From Halobacteriales archaeon YIM A00010 (lineage in GTDB: Archaea; Halobacteriota; Halobacteria; Halobacteriales; Haloarculaceae), in the NCBI GenBank assembly GCA_025041175.1, contig JAKCFJ010000001.1:1915526-1939525 (forward strand): a DNA stretch of 24,000 nt, written 5' to 3'. Both the position numbers and the translations under genes were made by a program. Shown piece after piece: positions 14,755 through 23,328 of this stretch. Numbering within the stretch: position 1 is the first letter of the stretch; each line of letters starts with the position of its first letter. Under the pieces are notes generated by a model. It saw only the letters and a list, made by a program, of their open reading frames with translations, was not told the DNA's origin and did not search any database.

Positions 14755-16190
14755 GATACGACCAAGCGCGGTGGACCGAAGACGAGGACCGATACGAGCC
14801 GCTGCTCGCGGAAAAGCGATCGACGGAGGTCGCCATCGATTCGACGGATTCGGCGCTCCCGGCGGATCTCACGCGCGAGTCGCTCACGCTGCCGGAGCTC
14901 TCCGAGCCGGAGCTGTCCCGCCATTACACCCGGCTGTCGGAGATGAACTACGGTATCGAGAACGGTCCGTTCCCGCTGGGCTCCTGTACGATGAAGTACA
15001 ACCCCTCGTTTACCGAGGACATCGCAGCCCTCCCCACGGGAAGCGTTCACCCCGACCGATCCGAGGAGAGCGTTCAAGGCACGCTCGAACTCCTGTATCG
15101 GTTACAGGACTATCTCGGACGCATCGGTGGAATGGACGCGGTCACGCTCCAACCGCCGGCGGGCGCGGCCGGGGAGTTCACTGGCATTCTCGTGGCCAAG
15201 GCCTACCACGAGACCAACGGCAACGACAGAACCGAGGTGGTCGTTCCGGACAGCGCGCACGGAACGAACTTCGCTAGCGCCGCGCTTGCGGGGTACGACG
15301 TGGTGAGCCTCCCCGGTGGGGACGACGGCCGCGTCGATCTCGACGCGCTCACGGCGGCCGTGGGTGAGGACACCGCCGCGTTGATGCTGACGAACCCGAA
15401 CACGCTCGGGCTGTTCGAGCGCGACATCACCGAAATTGCCGACATCGTTCACGACGCGGGCGGGCTGTTGTACTACGACGGCGCGAACCTGAACGCGCTG
15501 CTCGGGCGCGCTCGTCCCGGCGACATGGGATTCGACGTGATGCACTACAACGTCCACAAGACGTTCGCCACACCCCACGGCGGCGGCGGGCCGGGTGCCG
15601 GACCGGTCGGCGTCGTCGAGGAGCTCGCGGAGTTCCTCCCCGAACCGCGCGTCAGGCCGACGGAAGACGGGGACGGGTTCGAGCTGTTCTCACCCGAGCG
15701 ATCGATCGGACGGGTCCACGGCTATCACGGCAACTGGCTCGTGTTGCTCAAAGCCTACGCGTACATCGCACGGCTCGGTGACGCCGGACTAACCGATGCG
15801 AGTGCCAAGGCGGTGTTGAACGCCAACTACCTCGCTAGCCAGATCGAATACGACATTCCGTTCGGCCCGTTCCACCACGAATTCGTCGCCAGCGCGACCA
15901 GCGACGCTGCCGACGTGGCCAAGCGCATGCTCGATTACGGCGTCCATCCGCCGACGACGAAGTGGCCCGAAACCGTCGACCAGGCGCTGATGGCCGAACC
16001 GACCGAGATCGAAACGCGGCGGACGCTCGACGCGCTCGCCGAGGCGTTCAATGCTGTCGCGGCCGAGGACGAATCGACGATCGAAACGGCACCCCAACGC
16101 ACGGCCGCCCGGCGGATCGACCAAGCTGACGCCGCCAGAAATCCGCGGCTGTCGTGGCAGGCGCTGGCCGAAAACGCCGACGAGCAGTAG
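14751..16190 (+). CDS. gcvPB: Glycine dehydrogenase (aminomethyl-transferring) subunit 2
   Basis: The start at 14751 overlaps the gcvPA stop (ATGA). [18 protein letters not shown] is the PLP-lysine region. Confidence 0.93.
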   Translation: MRYDQARWTEDEDRYEPLLAEKRSTEVAIDSTDSALPADLTRESLTLPELSEPELSRHYTRLSEMNYGIENGPFPLGSCTMKYNPSFTEDIAALPTGSVHPDRSEESVQGTLELLYRLQDYLGRIGGMDAVTLQPPAGAAGEFTGILVAKAYHETNGNDRTEVVVPDSAHGTNFASAALAGYDVVSLPGGDDGRVDLDALTAAVGEDTAALMLTNPNTLGLFERDITEIADIVHDAGGLLYYDGANLNALLGRARPGDMGFDVMHYNVHKTFATPHGGGGPGAGPVGVVEELAEFLPEPRVRPTEDGDGFELFSPERSIGRVHGYHGNWLVLLKAYAYIARLGDAGLTDASAKAVLNANYLASQIEYDIPFGPFHHEFVASATSDAADVAKRMLDYGVHPPTTKWPETVDQALMAEPTEIETRRTLDALAEAFNAVAAEDESTIETAPQRTAARRIDQADAARNPRLSWQALAENADEQ

Positions 16191-16252
16191 CGGGTTGCTT
16201 CCGAAACGCCATGCTATCGGCGCGAGCGGTCTTCACACACCGGCCGAGGAGA

Positions 16253-16561
16253 TCAGTCCCATCCCATCGTCGGGAGGCGACGAACGCAGTTCCGACAGTA
16301 CGTGTACAGCGGGTCGTTTTCGGTGCCACACTGGGGGCACGTGATCGTAGACGAGTCGGTTCCTGATTGAGTGGTGTCGCTGTCGAACGAGGACATCGGT
16401 TGTGGATCACTCGGATCGATCCAGTAGTGGTTCGTGGCAGGCGTTAGGGCGTCGTCATCGGGGTCTTCCTCGTCCAGACGACGAGTGACGTAGATGAGTA
16501 TCGGAATCTGGAGCAAGGGAAACAGCACGAGGATGATCAGCCCCCACACCAGCGCACTCAT
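16253..16561 (-). CDS. Membrane-anchored zinc-ribbon protein
   Basis: 102 aa. It has an N-terminal TM helix, an acidic linker, and a C-terminal CPQCG-x11-CRNC motif. Confidence 0.7.
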   Translation of the reverse strand: MSALVWGLIILVLFPLLQIPILIYVTRRLDEEDPDDDALTPATNHYWIDPSDPQPMSSFDSDTTQSGTDSSTITCPQCGTENDPLYTYCRNCVRRLPTMGWD

Positions 16562-16650
16562 AGATGCACTACGTTACCGAATGACTTACTCATTACGCTG
16601 GTTTTATACTTCCTATCCGAACGGCGGTAGTAGTATAGTGATGGAACCAC

Positions 16651-16863
16651 ATGCCACACGGCATGGTATCAGGATCAGTTACGTCGCTGGGATCGATCGG
16701 GGGCGTCACCGTCGGGATGGTCGTGTTGCTGGTCGGTGTCGCCAGCCACGGTGGAGAACAGTTTCAGGCGCTCGGTGGCGCGATCGTGTTGCTCGGCGTC
16801 GCTGGGCTGGCCGTGCATCTCTCGGGGCTGGACGCCCCGGCCGAACAGGCCGAGAAAGAGTAA
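16651..16863 (+). CDS. Small two-TM membrane protein
   Basis: 70 aa with two hydrophobic helices, high third-position GC and an acidic tail. Confidence 0.55.
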   Translation: MPHGMVSGSVTSLGSIGGVTVGMVVLLVGVASHGGEQFQALGGAIVLLGVAGLAVHLSGLDAPAEQAEKE

Positions 16864-16897
16864 CGCTATTGTATCGCCAGGGACAAGCCACGCGTGC

Positions 16898-17002
16898 AGT
16901 CCCGTGGTGTAGTGGCCAATCATAATGGCCTTTGGACGCGATACGGCAGTTCCCGATCGCGGAAGACAGCCATCGACCCCAGTTCGAATCTGGGCGGGAC
17001 TA
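16898..17002 (+). tRNA. tRNA-Gln (anticodon UUG) with a 32-nt intron
   Basis: Acceptor stem AGTCCCG/CGGGACT with discriminator A. D-arm GTGT-AGTGGCCAA-TCAT. Anticodon stem ATGGC/GCCAT with loop CTTTGG(intron)A. T-arm CCCAG-TTCGAAT-CTGGG. No encoded CCA. Confidence 0.88.
16936..16967 (+). other. tRNA intron at the canonical 37/38 position
   Basis: 32 nt lie between the anticodon-loop G37 and A38, and the boundary can slide by 1 nt. An internal helix CGCGAT/ATCGCG is consistent with a bulge-helix-bulge substrate. Confidence 0.7.
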
Positions 17003-17012
17003 GTCTTCCACC

Positions 17013-17018
17013 TTTTTT
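17013..17018 (+). terminator. Oligo-T terminator after the tRNA
   Basis: A T6 run lies 11 nt after the tRNA 3' end, followed by an 8-bp hairpin GGGTGAGC-AGA-GCTCACCC (17025-17043). Confidence 0.55.
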
Positions 17019-17049
17019 CCGTTCGGGTGAGCAGAGCTCACCCTCACGC

Positions 17050-17070
17050 AAAAAACGTGGGCGAAAAAAA
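17050..17070 (-). terminator. Oligo-T terminators (T7 and T6 on the reverse strand) for the 17180-17737 gene
   Basis: A6 (17050-17055) and A7 (17064-17070) on the + strand read as T-runs downstream of the reverse-strand gene. Confidence 0.45.
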
Positions 17071-17179
17071 GCCGCTCGCTTGCTCCCGCTCGCTACGCTC
17101 GCAGGAGCTGCGCTCGCGGTGAGTGGAGTCACGTTACCGCCTCCGCTTCCGCCACCGCCCCGCTTACTACGATTCCCTG

Positions 17180-17737
17180 TCAGTCGTCGGTGGTGGGTTC
17201 AGCGGCGGCCGCACCGACGATGCGCGCCAGTTCGGGGTGGCGCTGGCGTAAGCCAGCGAGATCCCCACGCTGGCGGTACTTACAGTAGGTTACCAGCGTT
17301 TCGACCAGACACGACGAGGCGGTGTTCGCGTCGGGCTTTTCGGTGATCTCGGCCGGTTCGCGCGAATCGTCGGGTGTGAACACGGATTGGATCACCGTGC
17401 CATCACGCTGCTCGTGGAATCGGACGCATGCGCCGTTGTCGAACCAGCATTCGACGACCATCTCGCCGGTGGCCTCGTAGCGGGTGAATCGTGCGATGCC
17501 CGGCAACTCGTCGTACCCGCCCGTGCTGGCGGTGCCAAGCCCCGCCGTCGCTAATACCTGCTCGATCTGGGTGGCGTGGGCACAACCAGTGGATTGGCAC
17601 GGTCTACACCACAGCCCCTGACCCACGTCGATGATGTGGTACAGCTCCGCTTTCGACACCACGTCCCGGTTGTCGATTGCGGACAGATTCACTACGTCGC
17701 CTCGACGGTCGCGGAACTGGAACAGCGGCAAACTCAT
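17180..17737 (-). CDS. Hypothetical protein with a C-x2-C-x4-C-x-H motif
   Basis: Start moved to the ATG at 17737 (MSLPLFQFRDRRGDVV...). It contains WCRPCQSTGCAH, a SWIM-like Cys/His cluster. I recognise no family. Confidence 0.55.
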   Translation of the reverse strand: MSLPLFQFRDRRGDVVNLSAIDNRDVVSKAELYHIIDVGQGLWCRPCQSTGCAHATQIEQVLATAGLGTASTGGYDELPGIARFTRYEATGEMVVECWFDNGACVRFHEQRDGTVIQSVFTPDDSREPAEITEKPDANTASSCLVETLVTYCKYRQRGDLAGLRQRHPELARIVGAAAAEPTTDD

Positions 17738-18507
17738 CGCCACCACCGCCCCAGCGGGCAGCCCATCCGGTGTTCGAGCCGCGTGCGAACCGGCCGACCA
17801 CACACCGGGCAGCGCGTTCTCTGGTTATCATTCTGATACGATGCGACACCGTTACATGTCTCTGATTCGTTCCCTGTCATGGGTTTGCTCACTTCGTGAG
17901 AACCCAGCGTCGGGTGCTACTACACCCGGCGCGTTTCAGTGAACGCGCACGCCAACCGGCGCACTGGCGTTCTCATCTATCGTTGGCTTCCCCATCACAC
18001 ATAAAGGTACTGATGGAATCAGGAATGTTATATTCTACTAACAGCTCGTTGCTCCAGCGGTTGCTCGGAAGGTGCCACCGAGCCATTTGAATCGGGCGTT
18101 GCTGCCGGGATTGTACCGGTAGCAGTGGATTTCTGTCCGGCGATCACGTCAGACAGCGAGACGCCTGAGATGTCGAACAAGCGAGTCACTCAGACCACCG
18201 ACCGCGACGAATGACCCGGGACAGAGCAGGCTGAGCACCAGCCCTACACGAGGCCGCCCCGTTCTCCGTCACCTTTCTCGGAATTGTTCTCGCGGGTGGG
18301 TTCGTCGGGTTCGTTCGTTTGGTCGGGATCATCGGTAGGGTAGGACCCGTTTCTGGGTTGATTGTGCTGCGACCAGTCGCTGTTGAGTTCTAACTCCCGG
18401 ATCTCTTCGTCACTGAGGGTTCTGTTGGGATCGAACCCCGATGTCGATGAGCGAATCGCGCGCGTTGAACCGTCACTTTGACTGTGTTACCGGGAGAACG
18501 TTCCATC

Positions 18508-18750
18508 ATGAGTGACGAGCTACGCGAGCGCGCCCACGACATCGACGCGACGATCCGAGTCGGAAAGGGCGGCATCGATCCCGTGGTGGATGAACTGCGC
18601 GACCAGCTCACCGAGCGTTCGCTCGTGAAGGTGAAGTTTCTCCGATCGTCCCTGGGCGGGACGACGACCGACGAACTGGCCGACGAACTCGCATCGAGCG
18701 CCGATGTGGAACTCATCGAAACACGGGGGCACACAGCGGTGTTTCATTGA
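18508..18750 (+). CDS. YhbY/CRM-domain RNA-binding protein
   Basis: 80 aa from the ATG at 18508. IRVGKGGIDPVVDELRDQL...LVKVKF is the YhbY/CRS1 signature. Confidence 0.85.
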   Translation: MSDELRERAHDIDATIRVGKGGIDPVVDELRDQLTERSLVKVKFLRSSLGGTTTDELADELASSADVELIETRGHTAVFH

Positions 18751-19619
18751 TGGTCCAGCCGCTCCCGTTCCTGGAGTTTCTCGGTCGGTACGCGGAGCCG
18801 GTCACACAAGTGATCTATTTTGTCGTCGCGTTCGTGTTCGTGTACATCGGCGGTCGGATGCTCTTTCGACCGGTGCTCGATCGCACGCTCTCGGGTCTCG
18901 ATATGGATACCCACGAGAAACGACCGATCAAACGGGTCGTTACCATCAGCCTCCTGTTCGTTGCCGTTCTTTTCGGACTGACTGTGGCCGGTCTCGATCG
19001 GCTTCTCCGTTCGTTATCGACCATCGCCGCAGCGGGGACGCTCGCCATCGGGTTTGCGATGCAGAACATGATCTCGAACATCGTCGCCGGCGTGTTCATC
19101 TACACCGACAAACCGTTTCGCATCGGTGACTGGATCGAGTGGGACGAAGAAGAAGGGATCGTCGAGGACATCAGCCTCCGCGTAACGCGCGTCCGGACGT
19201 TCGACAACGAGCTGCTCACTGTTCCGAACTCCCTGCTCACCGAAGGCGTGATCAAAAATCCCGTTGCGAACGACAAGCTCCGACTCACGTTCGACTTCGG
19301 GATCGGCTACGAGGACGACATCGAAGCGGCCATGAAGATCATCGTCGAGGAAGCCAACCGTCAGGACGGTGTCCTGGAGACGCCCGCGCCGTCGGTCCAC
19401 CTCACCGAACTCGCTGACTCCTACGTCGGACTCACCGCCCGCATCTGGATCGACGACCCGACCCACACCGATTTCGTCGAAATCCGGAGCGAGTTCGTTA
19501 CCAACGTCAAAAACGCGTTCGACGAACACGACATCGACATTCCGTATCCACAGATCGATCTCTCCGGCGGAGTCGAATTCGCCGATCCGTCCTCTCCAGT
19601 CACAGAAACGCACAGATAA
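18747..19619 (+). CDS. mscS: MscS-family mechanosensitive channel
   Basis: 290 aa with three TM helices, then FRIGDWIE...GIVEDISLRVTRVRTFDNELLTVPNS (the MscS beta-domain). The start overlaps the upstream stop. Confidence 0.9.
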   Translation: MMVQPLPFLEFLGRYAEPVTQVIYFVVAFVFVYIGGRMLFRPVLDRTLSGLDMDTHEKRPIKRVVTISLLFVAVLFGLTVAGLDRLLRSLSTIAAAGTLAIGFAMQNMISNIVAGVFIYTDKPFRIGDWIEWDEEEGIVEDISLRVTRVRTFDNELLTVPNSLLTEGVIKNPVANDKLRLTFDFGIGYEDDIEAAMKIIVEEANRQDGVLETPAPSVHLTELADSYVGLTARIWIDDPTHTDFVEIRSEFVTNVKNAFDEHDIDIPYPQIDLSGGVEFADPSSPVTETHR

Positions 19620-19653
19620 GAATTCCAATCGAAACGACACCGGGGAGAGAACG

Positions 19654-20598
19654 TCAGTCGACGAGGTAGGCGTCTGCGCGGTCGTTGTCGCGCACGACAT
19701 CGGTGAACCCCTCGGGGTGTTCGACGTGTGGGAGCAACATTGCTTCGTCGAACACGGCGAGTTCGGTGTCGGCGTGTGCCGCGAGCGACTGGCCGGCCGT
19801 GAGCGGCGTGGTCGTGGCGTTGCGCCCCCACACGAGCGTCACGGGAGCGTCCAACTCCGACAGCGTCGTTCCGAGATCCACGTCCGGATCGAGCGTCCCA
19901 CTGACGAAAGACGCGGGCGCAAAGCGTGCCCCGGGCTGGTGGGTCGTCTGCCACCGGTACTCGATGTACTCCGCGTCGGCGTTCGAGGGATCGTACAGGC
20001 CGTGGTCGGTCCCAAAATGCCGCAGCGCGGACTTGCTCGTCAGCAGGTTGAACAGTCCATTCCCGAGCACCGGCGACCGCAACAGCGACCGCAGCCACGT
20101 CCGGTTGCCGGGCATGGTCGTGGTGGTCGGACAGACGAGCACGAGGTCGGAAACGTCCGCTGTCTCGGCGGCCATCGCCGCGTACGCGCCGGTGAGCGAC
20201 GATCCAACCACGCGTGGCTCCTCGGCCACGTCGCGGATGAAATCAGTGACGAACGTCACGTACAGCGACGGCGAGTACAACAGCGGCGGTCGATCGGAGA
20301 GTCCAAACCCCGGCAGATCAGGCGCGATGACGTGGTAATCGGACGATAGGTCGTCGAAAACAGTGGCGAACTCCGCGCTCGACCCCGCGGCGTTCAGTCC
20401 GTGCAACAACAGCAGATCCTGATCCCCCGGCGTTCCGGCCTCCGTGTACGAGATGTCGAACCCGCGCCAGCGGTACTCCTCGGTCGATCGTCCCAGCGGT
20501 GCCCGGAGCTGGCCCGCACGCTGGGTCAGCAACCGATTCGTGGCGGCAACGAGACCGAGCCCGCCGACGGTCCCTGCGAGAAGCCTTCGAAGTCGCAT
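19654..20598 (-). CDS. Alpha/beta-fold hydrolase
   Basis: Start moved to the ATG at 20598 (MRLRRLLAGTVGG...). It has LLLLHGLNAAGS, the nucleophile elbow GSSLTG, and a C-terminal PHVEHPE histidine region. The track's longer start overlaps meaB. Confidence 0.85.
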   Translation of the reverse strand: MRLRRLLAGTVGGLGLVAATNRLLTQRAGQLRAPLGRSTEEYRWRGFDISYTEAGTPGDQDLLLLHGLNAAGSSAEFATVFDDLSSDYHVIAPDLPGFGLSDRPPLLYSPSLYVTFVTDFIRDVAEEPRVVGSSLTGAYAAMAAETADVSDLVLVCPTTTTMPGNRTWLRSLLRSPVLGNGLFNLLTSKSALRHFGTDHGLYDPSNADAEYIEYRWQTTHQPGARFAPASFVSGTLDPDVDLGTTLSELDAPVTLVWGRNATTTPLTAGQSLAAHADTELAVFDEAMLLPHVEHPEGFTDVVRDNDRADAYLVD

Positions 20599-20675
20599 GA
20601 GCCAACGTACGGCCGTCGCTGGCTTAACAGTGGGTGAAATCCGTGTGCTGTTGGTGGGACCGTTCGGTGGAGTGA

Positions 20676-21713
20676 TCAGGGTTCGTTTTCCGCTCGCTCC
20701 CGTTCGGCGCGTTGTTCGACGCATTCCTCGATCGGAGCGAGCAGCTCGTCGACGATCGTGTACGGATCGGTCTCTCGTCGCGTGACCGCCGCAGCGAGAT
20801 CGTCGAGACCGCCCTGTGCGTCGATCTCACGCGCGGTGAGACGGTGGAGGTCTTCGCGGAGATGGGTGGTGATCTCTTCGGCGTACCGCCGGCGGGCGCG
20901 TTCGGTCCGTTTGCCCGAATCAGCGAGATAGTCGGCGTGTTCCTGGAGAACGGAGACGAGTTCTCCAACGCCTTCGCCGGCGCTTGCGACCGTTTCGACG
21001 ACCTGTGGTTCCCATTCGGTGGCGGTCCGGTCGATCGATCGGTCGATCCCTGTGGTCCCGTTTCGTTCGGGGGTGTAGTCCTCGCGGGTTCGGATCATCT
21101 CTCGAAGCTCTTTGACGATCCGATCGGCCCCCGAGAGATCGGCCTTGTTGACGACGAACACGTCACCGATCTCGAAGATGCCCGCTTTGAGCATCTGGAT
21201 GTCGTCGCCCGTGCCGGGTGGTACGAGCACGGCGACCGTGTCGGCGGTTTTCACGATGTCGATCTCGTTTTGGCCGGCACCGACGGTTTCGATGATGATC
21301 TTGTCCTTTCCGAACGCGTCGAGCGCTTTCACCGCGTCGGCCGTGGCGGTCGACAGCCCCCCGAGACGACCACGAGCGCTCATCGAGCGGACGAACACGT
21401 CCATATCTCCCGTGGTCGAACCCATGCGAATGCGGTCGCCGAGCACCGATCCGCCCGTAAACGGTGATGAGGGATCGATGGCGAGCACGCCAACAGTGAG
21501 ATCGTCGTCACGGTACTGTCGTGTAAGCTTGTCAACGAGCGTGGATTTCCCCGCACCGGGGCTTCCAGTGACACCGATCACGTCCGCCGTGCCGGTGTGT
21601 TCGTGCAGCTCGCTCACCAGCTCCCGGTAGCCGGCGGTCCGGTTTTCGATGTTCGTGATGGTGCGTGCGAGCGCCCGGTGGTCGCCCGCCAGCAGATCCG
21701 AAACCAAACTCAT
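20676..21713 (-). CDS. meaB: Methylmalonyl-CoA mutase-associated G3E GTPase (MeaB/ArgK)
   Basis: 345 aa with GSPGAGKST (Walker A), ETVGAGQ and NKAD. The start overlaps the stop of the B12-binding subunit gene. Confidence 0.93.
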   Translation of the reverse strand: MSLVSDLLAGDHRALARTITNIENRTAGYRELVSELHEHTGTADVIGVTGSPGAGKSTLVDKLTRQYRDDDLTVGVLAIDPSSPFTGGSVLGDRIRMGSTTGDMDVFVRSMSARGRLGGLSTATADAVKALDAFGKDKIIIETVGAGQNEIDIVKTADTVAVLVPPGTGDDIQMLKAGIFEIGDVFVVNKADLSGADRIVKELREMIRTREDYTPERNGTTGIDRSIDRTATEWEPQVVETVASAGEGVGELVSVLQEHADYLADSGKRTERARRRYAEEITTHLREDLHRLTAREIDAQGGLDDLAAAVTRRETDPYTIVDELLAPIEECVEQRAERERAENEP

Positions 21714-22132
21714 CGCTCCGGAGCGTTCTCACGGACGAACTGGGTCGTCTCCTCCATCGACGCACCCGGTCCGAAAATCTCCGCCACACCCATCTCCCTG
21801 AGCTCCGGACGGTCGTCCTCGGGAACGATCCCTCCGAGGATCACGAGCGTATCGGACAGCGCGTTGTACTCCTCTAGCCCCTCGATGATCTTCGGTACGA
21901 GCGTGTTGTGTGCGCCCGACAGGATCGAAATTCCGAGCACGTCGACGTCCTCCTGCACCGCTGCCTGAACGATCTCGTCCGGTGATTTGTGCAAGCCCGA
22001 GTAGATCACCTCGAATCCGGCGTCCCGAAACGCACGGGCGATCACGTGCGCCCCTCGGTCGTGTCCGTCCAAACCCACCTTGGCAACGAGACAGCGTATC
22101 GTTCGTTGCTCACGGCCCTGCTCTGCGCTCAT
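21710..22132 (-). CDS. Methylmalonyl-CoA mutase, cobalamin-binding small subunit/domain
   Basis: 140 aa. KVGLDGHDRGAHVIA matches the D-x-H-x2-G B12-binding motif, with SILSGAH and GGIVP. Confidence 0.92.
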   Translation of the reverse strand: MSAEQGREQRTIRCLVAKVGLDGHDRGAHVIARAFRDAGFEVIYSGLHKSPDEIVQAAVQEDVDVLGISILSGAHNTLVPKIIEGLEEYNALSDTLVILGGIVPEDDRPELREMGVAEIFGPGASMEETTQFVRENAPER

Positions 22133-22230
22133 ATTGTACCTAATAAACTCAGCGTGGGTTTGACTCTAACGGTCATATATGATCGTTCAAGGAAACGTCC
22201 ACGCGTGCTCTCCGGTTGTTGCCAGCGGCG

Positions 22231-23328
22231 TTAGTCGGCGGTTGGCATCGGTTCGGTGTCGATCGTCACCGCCGCGTTGCGCTCGCTCGAGCGATAGGTC
22301 GCGTCCATCACTCGTTGCACCAAAAATCCTTGTTCGACGGTGTTCACCGACAGCGGTTCCGACCCCCTGATCGCCTCGATGAACCGTCGTTGTTCCTGTC
22401 GGTGGGGGTTCTCATCGCGGGTTCTGATCTCGGCGTCCGAAAAGTGTGGCTCGCCCGCTGAGGAGGACTCGTAGACAGTGAGTCCGCCATCGGAGAGATC
22501 CAGCCGCGCACCGGCGTCGGTTCCTTGGATCACGAACTCGTTGGAGGGCGTTCGGTTGGCAGCCCACGCGACGTCGAGCGAGACCGTCGATTCGTCCGCA
22601 CACCGGATGAAGGCGTTCGCCGAGTCGTCGACATCGAACGGGCCGTCGCCGCGTTCACCCCACATCTCCAGATGGGTGTAGTCCGGTCGGTCACCGAACA
22701 CCGAGCGCGTCACGCCCGAAACCTCCGTCACGCGGGGGAAATCGAGCAGATACAACGAGAGATCGATTGCGTGCGCACCGATGTCGACGAGCGCACCGCC
22801 ACCCGCAGAGGCCTCTTGGGTGAACCACGTTCCCCGGCCCGGAACGCCCCGGCGCCGGATGTACTTCGCCTCGATGTGGTGAATCTCCCCGAACCGCCCC
22901 GAACGAGCGTACTCTTTGAGCACCTGAACCGGGCTTGCAAACCGGTTGTGAAAGCCGATCATACAGATACCCTCCGACTGGTGGGCTGCCTCGCGGATCC
23001 GCTCTGCGCTGTCGATGGTGTGGGCGATCGGCTTCTCCACGAGCACGTCGAGATCCGCGTCCAGCGCCCCAACTGCGTACTCCTCGTGGTACCTGTTAGG
23101 CGTCGTGATGATGACCGAATCAACAGTCTCGTACAACGACCCGGGATCGTCGTGCGTCGGAACGCCGAACGTCTCACCAAACCGTTCGCGCGCCCTCGGA
23201 GAGATGTCCATCCCGCCTGCGAGTTCGACGTCGAGCTGAGCCGTCAGCGATCGGAGCTGTTCGGCGTGGTACCGACCGATGTTTCCCAGACCAACGATTC
23301 CGATAGAATGGGGAACGTGGCTGCTCAT
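22231..23328 (-). CDS. Gfo/Idh/MocA-family NAD(P)-dependent oxidoreductase
   Basis: 365 aa with an N-terminal Rossmann motif IGIVGLGNIGRYHAEQL, VLVEKPIA, and a C-terminal alpha/beta domain. Confidence 0.9.
   Translation of the reverse strand: MSSHVPHSIGIVGLGNIGRYHAEQLRSLTAQLDVELAGGMDISPRARERFGETFGVPTHDDPGSLYETVDSVIITTPNRYHEEYAVGALDADLDVLVEKPIAHTIDSAERIREAAHQSEGICMIGFHNRFASPVQVLKEYARSGRFGEIHHIEAKYIRRRGVPGRGTWFTQEASAGGGALVDIGAHAIDLSLYLLDFPRVTEVSGVTRSVFGDRPDYTHLEMWGERGDGPFDVDDSANAFIRCADESTVSLDVAWAANRTPSNEFVIQGTDAGARLDLSDGGLTVYESSSAGEPHFSDAEIRTRDENPHRQEQRRFIEAIRGSEPLSVNTVEQGFLVQRVMDATYRSSERNAAVTIDTEPMPTAD

Noticed and set aside
16134-16143. GCCAGAAATC, a 10-mer identical to part of the second hairpin of the 51-bp insertion
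   Set aside because: It lies inside gcvPB coding sequence, with no complementary arm following and no flanking similarity.
16291-16299. Isolated CCGACAGTA, a half-site of the mini-element inverted repeat
   Set aside because: It lies inside the zinc-ribbon coding sequence (codons Y-C-R-N) with no partner repeat nearby. A single 9-mer match is expected by chance at roughly 0.2 per window.
18081-18098. AGCCATTTGAATCGGGCG, resembling the tRNA-Gln 3' half (AGCCATCGACCCCAGTTCGAATCTGGGCGGG) as a possible att-site repeat
   Set aside because: The match is discontinuous and short and lacks the T-arm stem. It is not convincing as a duplicated attachment site, and there is no integrase.
18122-18145. 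Possible third, degenerate copy of the 21-bp palindrome region (GCAGTGGATTTCTGTCCGGCGATC vs GCAGTGGTGATTTGCTGT...CGCCGGC at 5655-5687)
   Set aside because: The similarity needs two gaps, including loss of half the palindrome, and rests on 4-7 nt blocks. That is within chance for this window size.
19369-20349. 326-aa (+) ORF and several others overlapping the alpha/beta hydrolase gene
   Set aside because: It is antisense to a gene with clear hydrolase motifs and has an Arg/Pro-rich low-complexity translation.
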